From positions 1 to 37,165 of the forward strand of contig CAXHAT010000067.1 in assembly GCA_964014485.1 (NCBI GenBank): a DNA stretch of 37,165 bases. The letters run 5' to 3'. Source of the stretch: an uncultured Deferribacteres bacterium. Lineage in GTDB: Bacteria > Zhuqueibacterota > Zhuqueibacteria > Zhuqueibacterales > Geothermadaptataceae. Below, piece after piece: positions 35,705-37,165 of the stretch (its first letter is position 1; the number at the start of each line of letters is the position of its first letter). The notes under the pieces are model-generated. The model saw only the letters and a program-made list of their open reading frames with translations, made no database searches and had not been told where the DNA came from. Made by a program: the position numbers and the translations under genes.

Positions 35705-37165
35705 ATGAAAACATTTGAAAAAAAATTGCCTTTCCAGCTTTTATTGGGTGCGGTATTGTCATTCATCGGCTGGCTCACCATCGCCGCTCTTGGTGACGTC
35801 CGCGCGCAAACGAGCTTGTTTTTCGTTATTTACGGCGGCGTTTTTGTCGTCTACTTTTTCCTCGCTCTACAAATCGTTTCTACGAATAACAGCGCACCTG
35901 AGAAATCCAGGCCGGGTCATAAAACTCAAGTCTTTCTTCTCATTTTCATCCCCGCAATCCTTTGCCGATTCGTTTTGCTTTGGGATTACCCTTATCTCTC
36001 TGACGATATTTTTCGCTACATGTGGGACGGGCGGGTTTGGGCCAACGGCGTCAATCCGTACATGTTCGCGCCCAACGACGCCGCGCTTGCCGCCATTCGT
36101 GACGCGGTGATTTTCCCCAACGTCAACCACGCGGAAATTCCGACAATCTATGCGCCGGTTTTGCAGGTTATATTTCGCATCACGTATGAAATTAGCCCGA
36201 CGATGACAGCGTTCAAAATCGTCATGACCGTTTTTGATCTGGCGATCATTATCGCGCTGATTCAATTGCTCAAGGCTCTGAATCTGCCGCCGCTCCTTGC
36301 GTTCATCTATGCCTGGAACCCGCTGGTGATCATCGAAACGGCGGGCGGAGGCCACATTGACAGTGTCGGAGTCTTTTTTCTGGTTTTATTTTTTATTGCT
36401 TTGACCAAGCAGCGTTTTTGGCAAAGCCTGATTTTTCTCGCGCTGGCAACACTGACAAAATTTGTCGCGTTGATCATGCTGCCGTTTATTTGGCTGCGCC
36501 TGGGCTGGAAAAAGGCGACGATTTACACGCTCATCCTCGGCGCGCTGCTTTTTCTCGCGTACCTGCCGTTTCTGGACGCTGGAGAGACGCTCTACAAAGC
36601 GCTGACCGAATACACCACGCGCTGGAAATTCAACGCTTCGCTTTTCGAGCTCCCCTTCCATTTTTTCTCCTGGCTCTACCCCCACGCCTACGAAGATCAG
36701 GTTTTGTACAAGACAAAAGTCTTCCTTGGCTGCGGCTTTGGCGCACTGTTTTTATGGCTTTTATTCGACGCGGACAAGAGTAAAGAAAGTTGGTCGAAGT
36801 ATTGGTTTGTGTTGTTTGCAACAATCTGTGCGGTCAGCCCAACGCTGCATCCGTGGTATCTGATTTGGCTCACGCCATTTCTCGCAATTTTCCCAAATCG
36901 CGCCTGGATTCTGCTGACAGGGCTGGTCATTCTGAGCTATCGCGTGATCGAAGATTATTTTCTGGAAGGCGTCTGGCAGGAAAGCTTGCTTGTTCGTTTG
37001 CTGATCTTCGCACCGTTTTACGGCTTGCTGTTTTATGATTTTTGGAAAACAAAAGGGCGGGATTTGAAGGTCGAAACGATGAGAGAAGCGACCGTCGATT
37101 TTCCTAAACGGGCCTGGGGAGAGGTCGAGAAATTTTTCTCTTCGTACAAGAGAACTTCCAGCGAC
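35705..37165 (+). CDS. GT-C fold / glycosyltransferase family 87-like (DUF2029) membrane protein, partial (runs off the window end)
   Basis: Not in the ORF track; translated by hand from ATG 35705. Contains LSDDIFRYMWDGRV...GVNPY...TIYAP, YAWNPLVIIE...GHID, WKFN and HPWY. No stop was seen before 37165. Confidence 0.85.
   Translation, partial: MKTFEKKLPFQLLLGAVLSFIGWLTIAALGDVRAQTSLFFVIYGGVFVVYFFLALQIVSTNNSAPEKSRPGHKTQVFLLIFIPAILCRFVLLWDYPYLSDDIFRYMWDGRVWANGVNPYMFAPNDAALAAIRDAVIFPNVNHAEIPTIYAPVLQVIFRITYEISPTMTAFKIVMTVFDLAIIIALIQLLKALNLPPLLAFIYAWNPLVIIETAGGGHIDSVGVFFLVLFFIALTKQRFWQSLIFLALATLTKFVALIMLPFIWLRLGWKKATIYTLILGALLFLAYLPFLDAGETLYKALTEYTTRWKFNASLFELPFHFFSWLYPHAYEDQVLYKTKVFLGCGFGALFLWLLFDADKSKESWSKYWFVLFATICAVSPTLHPWYLIWLTPFLAIFPNRAWILLTGLVILSYRVIEDYFLEGVWQESLLVRLLIFAPFYGLLFYDFWKTKGRDLKVETMREATVDFPKRAWGEVEKFFSSYKRTSSD

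Overview
Bacterial chromosomal window, roughly 50% GC by eye. Gene order and protein style suggest an FCB-related lineage such as KSB1 or Calditrichota; this is an inference only. About 32 CDS are supported, and no rRNA, tRNA, CRISPR array, transposase or integrase was found. Bases 1-9.7 kb are an accessory-looking stretch of unrelated single genes: DUF1801, YfcC transporter, four-helix-bundle (23S IVP/Avd-like) gene, an Ada-motif hypothetical, ICMT, DUF819, a NUDIX pseudogene, a proteasome-beta-like protein, sulfatase and DUF2721. Several distinct palindromic repeat families separate them. Next come a housekeeping operon (yebC-ruvC-ruvA-ruvB-queA-ispD-ispF), DUF4434/Kelch/SDR genes, an envelope operon (C5-epimerase-like, GT4, M23 peptidase) and an uncharacterised two-gene pair. 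A long minus-strand run follows: amidohydrolase, sbcD-like, sbcC, esterase, PhzF-like, YitJ, VWA, CYTH and a receiver protein. A GT87-like gene runs off the window end. Best leads: (1) an intact but apparently nuclease-dead SbcD/Mre11 coupled to a motif-complete SbcC/Rad50; (2) the four-helix-bundle gene bracketed by two related periodic palindromes; (3) a Ser1 proteasome-beta/Connectase-like Ntn protein next to a decayed NUDIX gene; (4) two more apparent pseudoenzymes (PhzF-like and C5-epimerase-like).
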